Shown: positions 46,344 through 56,489 of the stretch, piece after piece | Numbering within the stretch: position 1 is the stretch's first letter | How the letters are laid out: each line of letters begins with the position of its first letter | Assembly: GCA_963708025.1 (NCBI GenBank) | Contig: CAVPSB010000032.1 | Coordinates: 96,001 to 160,000 of the forward strand | Direction: 5' to 3' | DNA: 64,000 bases | Source of the DNA: an uncultured Candidatus Rokubacteria bacterium | GTDB lineage: Bacteria; Methylomirabilota; Methylomirabilia; Rokubacteriales; DASRDR01 | The notes under the pieces: generated by a model | Seen by the model: only the letters and a program-made list of their open reading frames with translations | Database searches by the model: none | Told to the model about the DNA's origin: nothing | Position numbers and translations under genes: made by a program

Positions 46344-46991
46344 CTACCGGGGTTGCTGGGCAAGGTGAAACGAGAGGTTCTCCAGCTCGATCGAGAAGTC
46401 CACGTTCTGCAGGCGCACGTCCCTGGGGACCTTCAGGCGGGCCGGGGCGAAGTTCAGGATCGACCGGACCCCGGCCGCGACCAGCCGGTCGGCGACCGTC
46501 TGCGCGGCCTCGGCCGGAACCGCGATCACGCCGATGTGGATGCCCTGCTGCTTGACCAGCCGGGGCAGCTCGCCGAGCGGCTGGATCTCGAGGCTGTCCA
46601 CGCGGCGCCCGCTCTTGCCCGGGTCATCGTCGACGATCGCCGCCACCCGGAACCCCTGCCGGGCGAACCCCCGGTAGTGGAACAACGCCGAGCCGAGGTT
46701 CCCGAAGCCGACCAGCACCACCCGCCACTCGCGGTCCAGGCCCAGCAGGCGCTGCAGCTCGGCCCGGAGGTTCGCGACGTAGTAGCCGATGCCACGGATC
46801 CCGAACTCGCCGAAGTAGGCGAGGTCCTTACGGACCTGAGCCGAGTTGAGATGGAAGCGCTCGGCCAGCTCCTGCGAGGAGATCGTCTTCACGCCGTCCT
46901 CGTCGAGCTGGGCCAGGCAGCGCGAGTAGATGGAGAGTCGGCGGATCGTCATCTCGGGAATCTTGGGGATCCGGGACGCGGGACGTGGCAT
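46344..46991 (-). CDS. rex: Redox-sensing transcriptional repressor Rex
   Basis: TIRRLSIY, QVRKDLAYFG.FG.RG.GY, Rossmann VGFGNLG, ILNFAP. Confidence 0.96.
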   Translation of the reverse strand: MPRPASRIPKIPEMTIRRLSIYSRCLAQLDEDGVKTISSQELAERFHLNSAQVRKDLAYFGEFGIRGIGYYVANLRAELQRLLGLDREWRVVLVGFGNLGSALFHYRGFARQGFRVAAIVDDDPGKSGRRVDSLEIQPLGELPRLVKQQGIHIGVIAVPAEAAQTVADRLVAAGVRSILNFAPARLKVPRDVRLQNVDFSIELENLSFHLAQQPR

Positions 46992-47043
46992 GAGGCAGCA
47001 GCGGAGGGCGGGCGACCCGGGAGTCACCCGCCCCGATCCGCGG

Positions 47044-47373
47044 TTACTTGAACGGGTTGGCGAAGAGCAAGATGATCGCGATGACCAGCGTGTAGATCGC
47101 GAGCGACTCGATCAGGGCCAGACCGATGATCATCGCGGTCTGGATCCGGGCCGCGGCGCCGGGCTGGCGCGCCATCCCCTCCAGCGCGGCCGCGATGGCC
47201 CGCGCCTGCCCCAGGCCGCAGAGGCCGGCAGCCAGGGCCATGCCGATCCCGGCGGCGATCACCGTGAAGGGCCCGAGCCACGGCGCCCGCGCTTCGGCGG
47301 CCGCCTGCTGGGCGGAAGCGACCCCCCCGAAGAGCCCGACGGCCACCAGCAGCAGGATCAGGATGATTCGCAC
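47044..47373 (-). CDS. atpE: ATP synthase Fo subunit c with N-terminal extension
   Basis: GLGQ, ARQP loop, ALIESLAIY. Confidence 0.96.
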   Translation of the reverse strand: MRIILILLLVAVGLFGGVASAQQAAAEARAPWLGPFTVIAAGIGMALAAGLCGLGQARAIAAALEGMARQPGAAARIQTAMIIGLALIESLAIYTLVIAIILLFANPFK

Positions 47374-47412
47374 CGTCCTCCTCCTTTCCGGCGTGAACGC
47401 ACGCCCCGGTCA

Positions 47413-47504
47413 GTTTGGAACCTCCCGCCTACCCCCCCCGACCCCCCTCCCCCACCCACCGGGGGGGACGGGGGAGCCGGAGGGGCCGATTGCTTCACAA
47501 GCTC
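47413..47504. mobile_element. Family A MITE-like element flanked by TGA on both sides
   Basis: TCA at 47410-47412 and 47505-47507 (atpB stop); GTTTGGAACCTCCCGCC ... TTCACAAGCTC. Confidence 0.65.
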
Positions 47505-48299
47505 TCAGATTCCGTGCGGAGCCTCGGCGCCGCCGGCCGCGTGGCTCGGCTCGTGGTCGTGCTCGCCTTCGAGGGCGCCCGCGATGTACAGCATCGAGAG
47601 CATGCAGAAGATGAAGGCCTGCAGGAACGCGACGAGCATCTTCAGCGGGTACAGGAACCCGACGGTGAACGCGACGGTCGTGACGGCGCCGACGCTGCCG
47701 ATCAGCCAGCCGAGCCATCCGGCGACGCCGGACAGGGCCCAGGACACGAGCCCGGCCGTCATGAAGAAGACGATCGACAGCAGGATGTGCCCGCCCAGCA
47801 TGTTGCCGAACAGCCGCAGGGTGAGCGACAGGGGCCGCGCGAAGTGGCTGATCAGCTCGATGGGGATCATGAGCGGCGCCAGCGCGGGCATCGGCCCCAT
47901 GAAGTGGCGGAGGTACGGCCCCAGGCCGTTCTTCCGGATGCCGATCCAGTGATAGGAGAAGAACACGACGATGGCGCAGGCGGCGGTCGTGTTCACGTTG
48001 TCGGTGGGGGCGGTGAACCCCGGCACCAGCCCCAGCAGGTTCGCCGAGAAGATGTAGAGGCCCAGCGTCGCGATCAGCGGGAGGAAGCGGCGGCCCTCGG
48101 GGCCGATGACATCGTCGATCAGGGCGAGGACGAACTCGAGGACGGCTTCCATCGCGTTCTGCAGCCCGGTCGGGACCAGGGACGGCCGCCGGGCCGCCGC
48201 GACCCCGACCAGGACCAGCGCCAGCATCACCACCCAGCTGAAGACGACGTGGTGCGGCAGCCCGAAGGTGTTGAAGACCGGCGGCTCGAGGGCCTGCAT
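47505..48299 (-). CDS. atpB: ATP synthase Fo subunit a
   Basis: NLLGLVPG, RPLSLTLRLFGN, LQAFIFCML. Confidence 0.97.
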   Translation of the reverse strand: MQALEPPVFNTFGLPHHVVFSWVVMLALVLVGVAAARRPSLVPTGLQNAMEAVLEFVLALIDDVIGPEGRRFLPLIATLGLYIFSANLLGLVPGFTAPTDNVNTTAACAIVVFFSYHWIGIRKNGLGPYLRHFMGPMPALAPLMIPIELISHFARPLSLTLRLFGNMLGGHILLSIVFFMTAGLVSWALSGVAGWLGWLIGSVGAVTTVAFTVGFLYPLKMLVAFLQAFIFCMLSMLYIAGALEGEHDHEPSHAAGGAEAPHGI

Positions 48300-48308
48300 C
48301 CGCGCGCC

Positions 48309-48686
48309 TCAGGAAACCCGGGCCGCCCGGAGACCCGCGACGATCACCGTGCACGGCAGCGCGGTCAGCGCCACCAGGAGCCCGACCAGGCCCAGCCGCC
48401 CCTGCACCGCGGCGAGACCCAGCGCGAGCGCCACCACCCCGAAGCGCACCCCGCTCGCCCCGACCCACAGGGCCCGCATGATCGCGCCGCCCGTCGGTCC
48501 CCGCCGGAGGGCCAGGTCGGCCGTCCAGCGGAGCCAGAGGAAGTTGGCGATGGTGATGGCGCCTCCGACGACGGCCCCGGCCGCCTGCGCGGGCCCCGAG
48601 AGGGACCAGGCGGCACCCGCGATGAGGCCGACGAGGCCGGCGGTCAGCCAGGTGATCCGGTACGCCAGGTCCCGATCCTCACTCAC
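48309..48686 (-). CDS. atpI: ATP synthase subunit I-like membrane protein
   Basis: Four hydrophobic segments, immediately upstream of atpB. Confidence 0.75.
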   Translation of the reverse strand: MSEDRDLAYRITWLTAGLVGLIAGAAWSLSGPAQAAGAVVGGAITIANFLWLRWTADLALRRGPTGGAIMRALWVGASGVRFGVVALALGLAAVQGRLGLVGLLVALTALPCTVIVAGLRAARVS

Positions 48687-48927
48687 TCTCGCGCTCTCCG
48701 TCGAACAGGCCCACCGCGCGGAACAGGTTGAGAAACCCGGCGGCGATCCCCAGCAGGAGCCCGACCAGCATCAGCCACGGCGAGGTCCCGAGCCACCGGT
48801 CCAGGTAGTGGCCCCCCACGAAGCCCAGCATGGTGCAGATCACCAGGGTGAGCCCCACTCCACTGAGGACGCCGACTTGCCGGATCCAGCGCCGGTTCGG
48901 CCGCGGCCGATCGTCGATCACACCCAT
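48679..48927 (-). CDS. AtpZ/AtpI-family (ATPase gene 1) protein
   Basis: GHYLDRWLGTSPWLMLVGLLLGIAAGF motif; first gene of the Fo cluster. Confidence 0.85.
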   Translation of the reverse strand: MGVIDDRPRPNRRWIRQVGVLSGVGLTLVICTMLGFVGGHYLDRWLGTSPWLMLVGLLLGIAAGFLNLFRAVGLFDGERESE

Positions 48928-49085
48928 ATCTCCGGCAAGGAAAGGGAGGCTTGTGAACGGAAACACTAGCACAGGCTCCGGGGGGAGGCAACCCCGGGGC
49001 AGCCGCGGGGCCCCGAAGCGCGAACGCGACTGCCGTCATCGGCCACGGTCGCTCGGCGCGATGCGACGCTCACTGGCCCCGCCCC

Positions 49086-50850
49086 CTACCCAAACATCCC
49101 GCCCATCCGCGTTCCCGCCACCCGAGTTGATCACCACGAGGCAGACGGCGGCCACCAGGATCAGCACGACGCCGAGGGCGGCGGCCTCGCTGGCGCTGCC
49201 CGCGATGTAGAAGTTGAAGATCCCGACCGTGATGGTCTCCCAGCCGCCGAGGGAGAGGAAGAGCAGCGCCGAGGCCTCCTGGAGCGAGGTCATGAAGGAG
49301 AAGAGCCCGCCGATCAGCACGCCCTTCCAGATGAGCGGGAGCGTGATGTCCCGGAAGGTTCGCAGCCGCGAGGCGCCCACGCTGCCGGCCGCTTCCTCGA
49401 GCGAGCGGTGGACGAGGAGCAGCGAGGCGTAGCTGCCTCGCACCGTGTACGGCAGCCGCCGGACGGCGAGGACGAGGGGCAGGATGAGCCACAGGCTGGT
49501 GAGCGGGAGGCCGAGACCGGGGATGTCGTGGTGGAAGGCCCGCACGTACGCAATGCCGATGGCCGTACCGGGGATGGCCAGGATCAGGGTATTGAGGCCG
49601 TCGAGGAGACCGTTCCCGGGGAGGCGGGTCCGGGCGAGGAGCCAGGCGATCGGGACGCCGACCGCGACGCAGATGGCCACCGCCAGCGCCGAGTACAGGA
49701 GGCTGTTGACGATGTACTTGGGGGTCTCGACGAGCACGCGCTCGAAGAACTGGAGCGTGTAAGCGGTCGGGAGGGGCGTCAGGGACCAGCCCCGCCCGAA
49801 GGCGGCCAGCGCCACGCCCAGGTAGGGCACGAAGGAGAGGAGCATGACGAACGACAGGGCGGCCACCACCAGCGCCTGGACCGGTCCCGGCAGCCGCCGC
49901 CGCTCCACCCGGGAATAGGCCAGCGAGGAGTAGTCCTTGATCGCGACGTAGTGCCGGGCGACGAGCAGGAAGAGGACGGCGAGCCCGACCAGGAGCGCCG
50001 AGATCACGATGCCCATCCGGAAGAGGCGGCGGTCCACGAACTGGACGATGTTGAGGTAGGCCTGGCAGGCCAGCAGGTCGTGGACGCCGACCACGAGCGG
50101 CGTGACGAAGTCGGCGAAGGTCCAGATGAAGACCAGGAGCGCGCCCGCGACGTAGCCGGGTGTGGTGAGCGGCAGCGTGATCGTCCACAGCTTGCGCCAA
50201 CCGCGCGCCCCGACGCTCTCGGCCGCCTCCTCCAGCGCCGGATCGACCTTCGACAAGGCATCCACCACGTTGAGCGTGATCATGGGAAAGAGGTGGAGCG
50301 TCTCGACCAAGAGCACGCCGTGGAGCCCGTACATGAAGTTGACGGGCGTGACCAGGTCGAAGTGGTCCATGAGCAGCACGTTGACGGTGCCGGCCCGCCC
50401 CAGGATGAAGACGAAGCCCAGCACGCCCACCAGCGGTGGCGAGATGATCGGGATCAGCGTCAGGTACGAAAAGAGGCCCCGGCCCCGGAACTCGTAGCGG
50501 ACCAGCAGGTAGGCGATCCCGACCCCAAGCACCGAGGTGCCGGCGACCACCCCGAGACCGAGGAGGATCGAGTTCCACAACGAGCGCAGGTAGAAGCCGT
50601 CGGTGAGGAAGGCCGCGAAGTGCGCGAGGGTCAGCGCACCGGCGTCGTCCGTCACCGCGTCGTAGAAGATCCGGGCCAGAGGGAAGAGGAGGAACACGAG
50701 CAGGAAGGCCCAGATCCCAAGGACGGCGAGGACGCCCAGTAGCTGGCTGGCGGACTTTCGGGACCTCCCGCCCTCCTCCCCAACCCCCCCTCCCCCACCC
50801 ACTGGGGGGAGGGGGGAGTCGGAATGCCCCATTCCTTCACACGCTCTCAC
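49086..50850 (-). CDS. ABC transporter permease, FbpB/AfuB-like with two TM domains (probable extra base near 49125)
   Basis: Two EAA motifs (LEEAAESVGA, LEEAAGSVGA); corrected C-terminus reads NRVAGTRMGGMFG*; GGAGGT 6 nt before GTG 50850. Confidence 0.88.
50756..50846. mobile_element. Family A element lying in frame within the permease 5' end
   Basis: GACCTCCCGCCC ... CCCCCTCCCCC/GGGGGAGGGGG hairpin ... TTCACACGCTC followed by TCA. Confidence 0.65.
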
Positions 50851-50970
50851 CTCAGAACCTCCCGTCGGCTCCCAACTCAGAGCCCATACCGGAATCCCGG
50901 GGGCTCCCCATCCCGCGCATCGGCCTCTCGCAGCCCCCAAGCTCCGGCTGCGCGGCCGTGGTGTTCCGCT

Positions 50971-51058
50971 TCGAGCCGCGGCCCAAGGCCGAAGGCCGTC
51001 CAACAGTCGCGGCCTCCGAAGGGGGGGCATCGGGGGGGCTTCCGAGACCCCCCCGAAG
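50971..51058. repeat. Family C hairpin repeat with a micro-module in its loop
   Basis: Matches 40074-40153; lies just after the ABC ATPase stop. Confidence 0.8.
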
Positions 51059-51061
51059 CTA

Positions 51062-52132
51062 TCACGCGCTCTCGTCGGGCAGGGCCAGCGTGACCGACGA
51101 CGGGAACGACAGGGTGACGCTGGTGCCGACGGGCAGCGCCTCGTGATGCCAGGCATCCCGGATGTCCGCCTTCAGCGTCATCCCGCCGGCCTCCACGTCG
51201 TAGCGGAGCGTGTTCCCGAGATAGGCGGTGAGCGCCACTCGGCCCGGCACCCGGTTGCCGTCGCCGCCGCCGGCGCCGATCGTCACGTTCTCCGGCCGGA
51301 TGGCCAGCACGCACGTCCGGCCGGCTCCCACCGGACCCACCGCCCGGGCCATGATCGGCCCCAGCGCGGTCTCGACGAACAGTACCTCGCCGGCCTGTCC
51401 CTTCACGGTGCCCGGGATCAGGTTGTTCGTCCCCACGAAGTCGGCGACGAAGCGCGTCCGCGGTCGCTCGTACAGCTCCCGCGGTGCGCCGAGCTGGAGC
51501 ACCCGCCCGTCACGCATCACGGCGACCCGGTCGGACAGCGACAGCGCCTCCTCCTGGTCGTGGGTCACGTAGACGGTGGTGATGCCCAGCTCCTGCTGAA
51601 GCGTCCGGATCTCCGCCCGCACCTGCATCCGGATCTTGGCGTCGAGGTTCGACAGCGGCTCGTCGAGCAGCAGGATGTCGGGGTTGAGGACCAGCGCCCG
51701 GGCCAGGGCCACCCGTTGCTGCTGCCCGCCAGAGAGCTGGCCCGGGTAGCGCGACTCGAGCCCGGCCAGGTTCACCTTGCGGAGACCCCCGGCCACGCGC
51801 TCGCGCAGGGCGTCACCCGACAGGCGACGGAGCCGGAGCCCGTACGCCACATTCTGGAACACGGTCATGTGCGGCCACAGCGCGTAGTTCTGGAATACCA
51901 TCCCGATGTTGCGCGCGTGGGGCGGGACGTCGTTGACGATCCGGTCGCCGAAGACGATGGCGCCCGCGTCCGGCCTGTAGAAGCCCGCGATCAGCCGGAG
52001 CAGGGTGGTCTTGCCGCAGCCCGACGGGCCCAGCAGCGTGAAGAGCTCGCCGTCGGCGATCTCGAGCGAGACGCCGTTGACGGCGGCGACGGCGCCGAAG
52101 CGCTTGATGACCTCGCGGACGGCGACTTTCAT
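51062..52132 (-). CDS. ABC transporter ATP-binding protein (FbpC/PotA-like, TOBE domain)
   Basis: [25 protein letters not shown]; start trimmed to ATG 52132. Confidence 0.93.
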   Translation of the reverse strand: MKVAVREVIKRFGAVAAVNGVSLEIADGELFTLLGPSGCGKTTLLRLIAGFYRPDAGAIVFGDRIVNDVPPHARNIGMVFQNYALWPHMTVFQNVAYGLRLRRLSGDALRERVAGGLRKVNLAGLESRYPGQLSGGQQQRVALARALVLNPDILLLDEPLSNLDAKIRMQVRAEIRTLQQELGITTVYVTHDQEEALSLSDRVAVMRDGRVLQLGAPRELYERPRTRFVADFVGTNNLIPGTVKGQAGEVLFVETALGPIMARAVGPVGAGRTCVLAIRPENVTIGAGGGDGNRVPGRVALTAYLGNTLRYDVEAGGMTLKADIRDAWHHEALPVGTSVTLSFPSSVTLALPDESA

Positions 52133-52217
52133 GCGGTCCTCGCCTCGCCCGCGGCCCTTCGGCACGACCCGCCGAGCGTCCCGGGCTGTCCGGGGAGCCC
52201 CGACGCCGCGCGGCGGG

Positions 52218-53339
52218 CTACTTCTTCTTGAGCTCCTCCCAGGCGGCCTCGATGTCCTTGCGGAAGCGCTCGTTGACCTCCTGGTAGCGCTTCTGGGCCA
52301 CGTCCTCGTCGTAGTTGCCGACGACCTCGTACTCGAAGTAGGAGCGGACGCCGCCGGTGAACTCGACGGCCTTCTCGGCAACCGAGCCCGGGGGGCCCTG
52401 CACCTTGTACCGGGGCGTGATCGGGAACAGGCCGCGCTCCATGAACACCCGCTGGCCGCGCTCGGTCAGCAGGAACTCGATGAAGGCCTTGGCCGCCCGG
52501 GGATGCCGGGCCCCGGTCAGGACGGCCATGGGCTCCGGGGTGACGAAGGCGTTCCTCGGGGCGACGTACTTGATGTCGAAGCCGGCCAGGACCTCCTCGA
52601 ACGCCATGTAGGACGGCACCGCGAAGCCGGCGGCGAACTCGCCCTTGGCCACGACCGACGGCACGTCCCGGCTGCGGGCGGTGAAGATGCCAGTGCTGGC
52701 CCCGAGCCGCTTGAGCCACTCCCAGCCCGCCTGGTCTCCCTTCACCTGGAGGATGATCTCGTAGGTGGCGTGGCTCGAGGACGACCGGCTGGGGGCGCAC
52801 TGGGCGACGTTCCCCTTGAGCTTCGGGTGGAGGAGGTCCTCCCAGTCCTTCGGCTCCGGGACACCCAGGCGCTTGAGGAGCCGCGGGTGGTAGACGATGC
52901 CGTACGGCTCCAGCGCCGTCCCGATCCAGAAGCCCTGCGGGTCCTTCAGCGGGATCGGCTTGGGCTTGCCGATCGAGGGCGGGATCGACTCGGCCAGCTC
53001 CCGGCCGATCTCGTGTTTGACCAGGAGCTTCTGCTCGGCGAGCTTGTCGAAGAGCGCCGACTCGCCGCCCCAGAAGATGTCGGCCTCGGGCTTCCCCTTC
53101 CACTCGACGATCCGCCCATAGGAGACCGGGGTGCCGGCGTACTGCGCGTTGGTCTTCACCGTCACGCCCCACTTCTCCTTGGCGTAGTCGGCGAAGGCCT
53201 TCAGGGCGGCGTCCACGATGAACTTCGAGACGGGGGTCTGGAGGACCAGCTCGTCCTCGATGGGTGGCGTCTGGGCCACGACTGGGCCGGCGCCGGCGAG
53301 GACGGCGACCAGCCACAGCGTGACGAGTGCGATTTGCAC
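52218..53339 (-). CDS. ABC transporter substrate-binding protein (AfuA/FbpA-like fold, substrate unknown)
   Basis: Signal peptide, ADIFWGG, PKDWEDLLHP, AKAFIEFLLTERGQ. Confidence 0.88.
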   Translation of the reverse strand: MQIALVTLWLVAVLAGAGPVVAQTPPIEDELVLQTPVSKFIVDAALKAFADYAKEKWGVTVKTNAQYAGTPVSYGRIVEWKGKPEADIFWGGESALFDKLAEQKLLVKHEIGRELAESIPPSIGKPKPIPLKDPQGFWIGTALEPYGIVYHPRLLKRLGVPEPKDWEDLLHPKLKGNVAQCAPSRSSSSHATYEIILQVKGDQAGWEWLKRLGASTGIFTARSRDVPSVVAKGEFAAGFAVPSYMAFEEVLAGFDIKYVAPRNAFVTPEPMAVLTGARHPRAAKAFIEFLLTERGQRVFMERGLFPITPRYKVQGPPGSVAEKAVEFTGGVRSYFEYEVVGNYDEDVAQKRYQEVNERFRKDIEAAWEELKKK

Positions 53340-53412
53340 GGATGACCTCCTTGTCAGCGGGCCATCGCTGACCCTGTCGGGAAGCGGCGCTCCCGGCCGC
53401 CGATCCGAAGGC

Positions 53413-54492
53413 CTACTCGGGCGCGGTCGCGGGCGCGTCCAGCACGAGCACGGCCTCCCGGGGAAACGTCACGGTCACCGCCTGCCCCGGCTGCGGCAGG
53501 GTCAGGGTGGGGTTGTTGAACGTGTCCAGCGAGATCGCGTTCTCCTTGAAGCGCACCCGGATGCGCACGATGGGGCCGAGGAAGTTGACGTCCTCGACGG
53601 TGCCGCGCATCCGGTTGCCGCCCGTCGCCCCCCCGTCGATCGACACCGTCTCCGGGCGCAGCGCGACCGAGCGCGCGTCGCCGACGCTCGCCCGCTCCAG
53701 GCCCTGGGCGGCGGCGATCTCCTGCCCGTCGACGCGGAGGGCGCCGCGGGCCGGGTCGGCCACCTCCCCCCGCAGGATGTTGAGGGTGCCCACGAACGAG
53801 GCGACGAACGGCGTCTTCGGGAAGTTGTAGATCTCGAACGGCGCGCCGATCTGCTCGACCCGACCCTCGCTCATCACCACGATCCGGTCCGACAGGGAGA
53901 GCGCTTCCTCCTGGTCGTGCGTCACGTAGATCGTGGTGATGCCCAGCTCCCGCTGGATGCTGCGGATCTCGTTCCGCAGCGACACCCGGATCTTGGCGTC
54001 GAGGGCGGAGAGCGGCTCGTCCAGCAGGAGGACCTGGGGCTGGATCGCCAGCGCCCGGGCCAGGGCCACCCGCTGCTGCTGTCCGCCGGAGAGCTGATAG
54101 GGATAGCGGGTGCCCAGCGCCGGCAGCTTGATGAGCTCGAGCATCTCGGCCACCCGGCGCTGGATCTCCACCGCCGGCTTCTTCGCCACCTTCAGCCCGA
54201 AGCCCACGTTCTCGGCCACCGTCATGTTCGGAAACAGCGCGTAGGCCTGGAACACCATGCCGACGTTGCGCTGGTTCGGCGGGCGCCGGGTGATGTCCAC
54301 GCCGTCGACGCGGATCGTGCCCGCCGACGGCGTCTCGAACCCCGCGATCATGCGGAGCGTCGTCGTCTTGCCGCACCCGCTGGGGCCGAGAAACGAGACG
54401 AACTCGCCCCGCCCCACGTCCAGGTGGAAGTGCTCCACCGCGGTGCTGTGCGCGAACCGCTTCTGGACGTCGTGGATCTCGAGGAACGCCAT
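53413..54492 (-). CDS. ABC transporter ATP-binding protein (PotA-like)
   Basis: [25 protein letters not shown]. Confidence 0.93.
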   Translation of the reverse strand: MAFLEIHDVQKRFAHSTAVEHFHLDVGRGEFVSFLGPSGCGKTTTLRMIAGFETPSAGTIRVDGVDITRRPPNQRNVGMVFQAYALFPNMTVAENVGFGLKVAKKPAVEIQRRVAEMLELIKLPALGTRYPYQLSGGQQQRVALARALAIQPQVLLLDEPLSALDAKIRVSLRNEIRSIQRELGITTIYVTHDQEEALSLSDRIVVMSEGRVEQIGAPFEIYNFPKTPFVASFVGTLNILRGEVADPARGALRVDGQEIAAAQGLERASVGDARSVALRPETVSIDGGATGGNRMRGTVEDVNFLGPIVRIRVRFKENAISLDTFNNPTLTLPQPGQAVTVTFPREAVLVLDAPATAPE

Positions 54493-54530
54493 GGCTTCTC
54501 GCTAGATCCCTCGAGATGCCAAAACCATCA

Positions 54531-54711
54531 CAGACGAGTCACGTTCTTGGGGGCGGGGCCGAGGAGCGAGCAGCGCCCACAGGCCGAAGGCCGTCCGACA
54601 GACGCAGGGAGTCGCCGACCGCAGGCGTACTCCTAGTACGCCGAGGATCGGCGACGACCCCAAAGGCCGAGGGCCGTCCGAGCGACGACGCGATGCGACG
54701 CTCATCGGCCC
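54531..54711. repeat. Family B structured repeat with two micro-modules
   Basis: GCAGGCGTAC-TCCTA-GTACGCCGAGG core; near-identical to the reverse complement of 29984-30185. Confidence 0.9.
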
Positions 54712-54717
54712 TGCCCG

Positions 54718-55509
54718 TTACCGGGCTCCGGCGACCTGGCCCGGCACCCTGCGGGCAAAGAGCTGGATGAACCCCATGCAGGCCCAGGTGATCGCCAGCG
54801 TGATGATCGCCAGCGCCGCCGGCTCGTAGGCGCGATTGGCGCCGATCAGCTGCAGGTAGGGCCCGAAGGCGGGACGATCCAGCAGGCTGGCCATCGTGAA
54901 CTCGCCGATCACGATCGCGAAGGTCAGGAACGCGCCGCTCAGGATGGCGACACGCACGTTGGGGAAGATCACGCGGAAGAGGATGGTGCTCCAGCCGGCC
55001 CCCAGGCTCTGGGCGGCTTCCGTCAGCGTGCGCACGTCGATCGCGCGCAGCCCGGTATCGACCGCCCGATACATGTACGGCAGCGCCAGCGCGACGTAGC
55101 TGCACGTCAACAGCAGGTCGGTGGTCGTCTCGGAGCCGGTCAGCGGCAGCACCGAGGCGCTATTGTAGATGCGCAGATACCCGAACACCAGCACGATGGC
55201 GGGAATGACCAGCGGCAGCAGCGTGATGAACTCCACGACCGGCCGCAGCCCCGGCAGGCGCATCTGGATCCAGTAGGCGGTCGGCACCACCAGGAGCACG
55301 CCGGCGAGGATGGTGGCGAAGGCCAGGGCCGTCGAATAGCCGAAGGTCGCCCGAAAGGCCGGATCGTTGAGCACGATCTGGTACGCCTCGAAGCTGTAGG
55401 TGCCCCGGCGATAGCGCAGCGAGAACTCGAAGGTGCCGAGGAGCGGAACCACGAAGTAGAGCGCCCCCAGCAGGACGAGCAACCAGGACACCAGCCGGTT
55501 GGGCTTCAC
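54718..55509 (-). CDS. ABC transporter permease (PotC-like)
   Basis: LTEAAQSLGA EAA motif; GTG overlaps the upstream permease stop. Confidence 0.9.
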   Translation of the reverse strand: MKPNRLVSWLLVLLGALYFVVPLLGTFEFSLRYRRGTYSFEAYQIVLNDPAFRATFGYSTALAFATILAGVLLVVPTAYWIQMRLPGLRPVVEFITLLPLVIPAIVLVFGYLRIYNSASVLPLTGSETTTDLLLTCSYVALALPYMYRAVDTGLRAIDVRTLTEAAQSLGAGWSTILFRVIFPNVRVAILSGAFLTFAIVIGEFTMASLLDRPAFGPYLQLIGANRAYEPAALAIITLAITWACMGFIQLFARRVPGQVAGAR

Positions 55510-56408
55510 CGCAGCCAGCGCTCGCTGCGCGCCCGCAGCCAGATGTACCCGGCGTTCGACAGCCCCGTGATGAGGATCATGCCGAGCGCCAACGCGTAGC
55601 CGAGGTTCTGGTTGTGGAGCACGTCCCCGCGGATCTGCGCGTACAGCACGATGGTGACGATGTTCAGCGAGCTGCCGGTCAGCGCATAGGCGGTGGCGAC
55701 GGCGCCGAAGGCGTTGGCGAAGAGCAGGAGCGAGGCGCCGAGCAGCGGCGGCCACAGGACGGGCAGGCCGATGTAGCGCCAGTACTCCCAGGCGCTGGCG
55801 CCGAGGTTCGCCGACGCCTCCCGCCACTCGCGCTTGAGACCGTCGATGGCCGGCGCCATGATGAGCACCATGAGCGGGATCTGGAAGTACATGTAGGTGA
55901 GCGTGAGGCCCCAGAAGCTGAGGAGGTTGAAGCCGGCCGCGTAGATGTTGAACCCCAGGTAGTTGACGAGGAGGGCGGTCACCAGGCCCGTCCGCCCCAG
56001 CGTGGCCAGGAACGCGAACGCCAGCGGCACACCCGCGAAGTTGGACGCGACGCCCGAGAACGTCATGAGGGTCGGCCGCACCAGCCGGGGCAGGCCGCCC
56101 GCGATGGCGGCGTAGGCGAGGACGAAGCCGATGACCGCGCCGCCGATGGCCGAGGCCGCGCTGATCTTGATGCTGATGAGATAGGCGGCGACGATCGTGG
56201 GCTGGAACAGGTCGGCGATGTTCTGGAGCGTGAAGCGTCCCTGGCTGTCCTGAAAGCCGCCGACCGCCAGGAAGCTGGTGGGCAGGATGAGGAACATGAT
56301 CGCGAACGCGAAGAAGGGGACGACACCCACCCAGGCCCACGAGAGCCGGCCGAGCCGGGACGCCGCGGCGGCGGGGGAAGGCCGAGCCGGAGCGACTACC
56401 GTGGACAT
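55506..56408 (-). CDS. ABC transporter permease (PotB-like)
   Basis: WREASANLGA EAA motif, multiple TM helices. Confidence 0.9.
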   Translation of the reverse strand: MSTVVAPARPSPAAAASRLGRLSWAWVGVVPFFAFAIMFLILPTSFLAVGGFQDSQGRFTLQNIADLFQPTIVAAYLISIKISAASAIGGAVIGFVLAYAAIAGGLPRLVRPTLMTFSGVASNFAGVPLAFAFLATLGRTGLVTALLVNYLGFNIYAAGFNLLSFWGLTLTYMYFQIPLMVLIMAPAIDGLKREWREASANLGASAWEYWRYIGLPVLWPPLLGASLLLFANAFGAVATAYALTGSSLNIVTIVLYAQIRGDVLHNQNLGYALALGMILITGLSNAGYIWLRARSERWLR

Positions 56409-56427
56409 GGCAGCCGTGCGCGACGAT

Positions 56428-56465
56428 GCCCCCCTCCCCCGGGGGTCCGGGGGAGGGGATGGGGC
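56428..56465. repeat. Single CCCCTCCCC/GGGGAGGGG hairpin downstream of the binding-protein gene
   Basis: CCCCTCCCCC-GGGGGTCC-GGGGGAGGGG stem-loop; related to the 27404 and 35814 repeats. Confidence 0.65.
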
Positions 56466-56489
56466 CAGCGGGTCACTCCGAGAGAGGGA

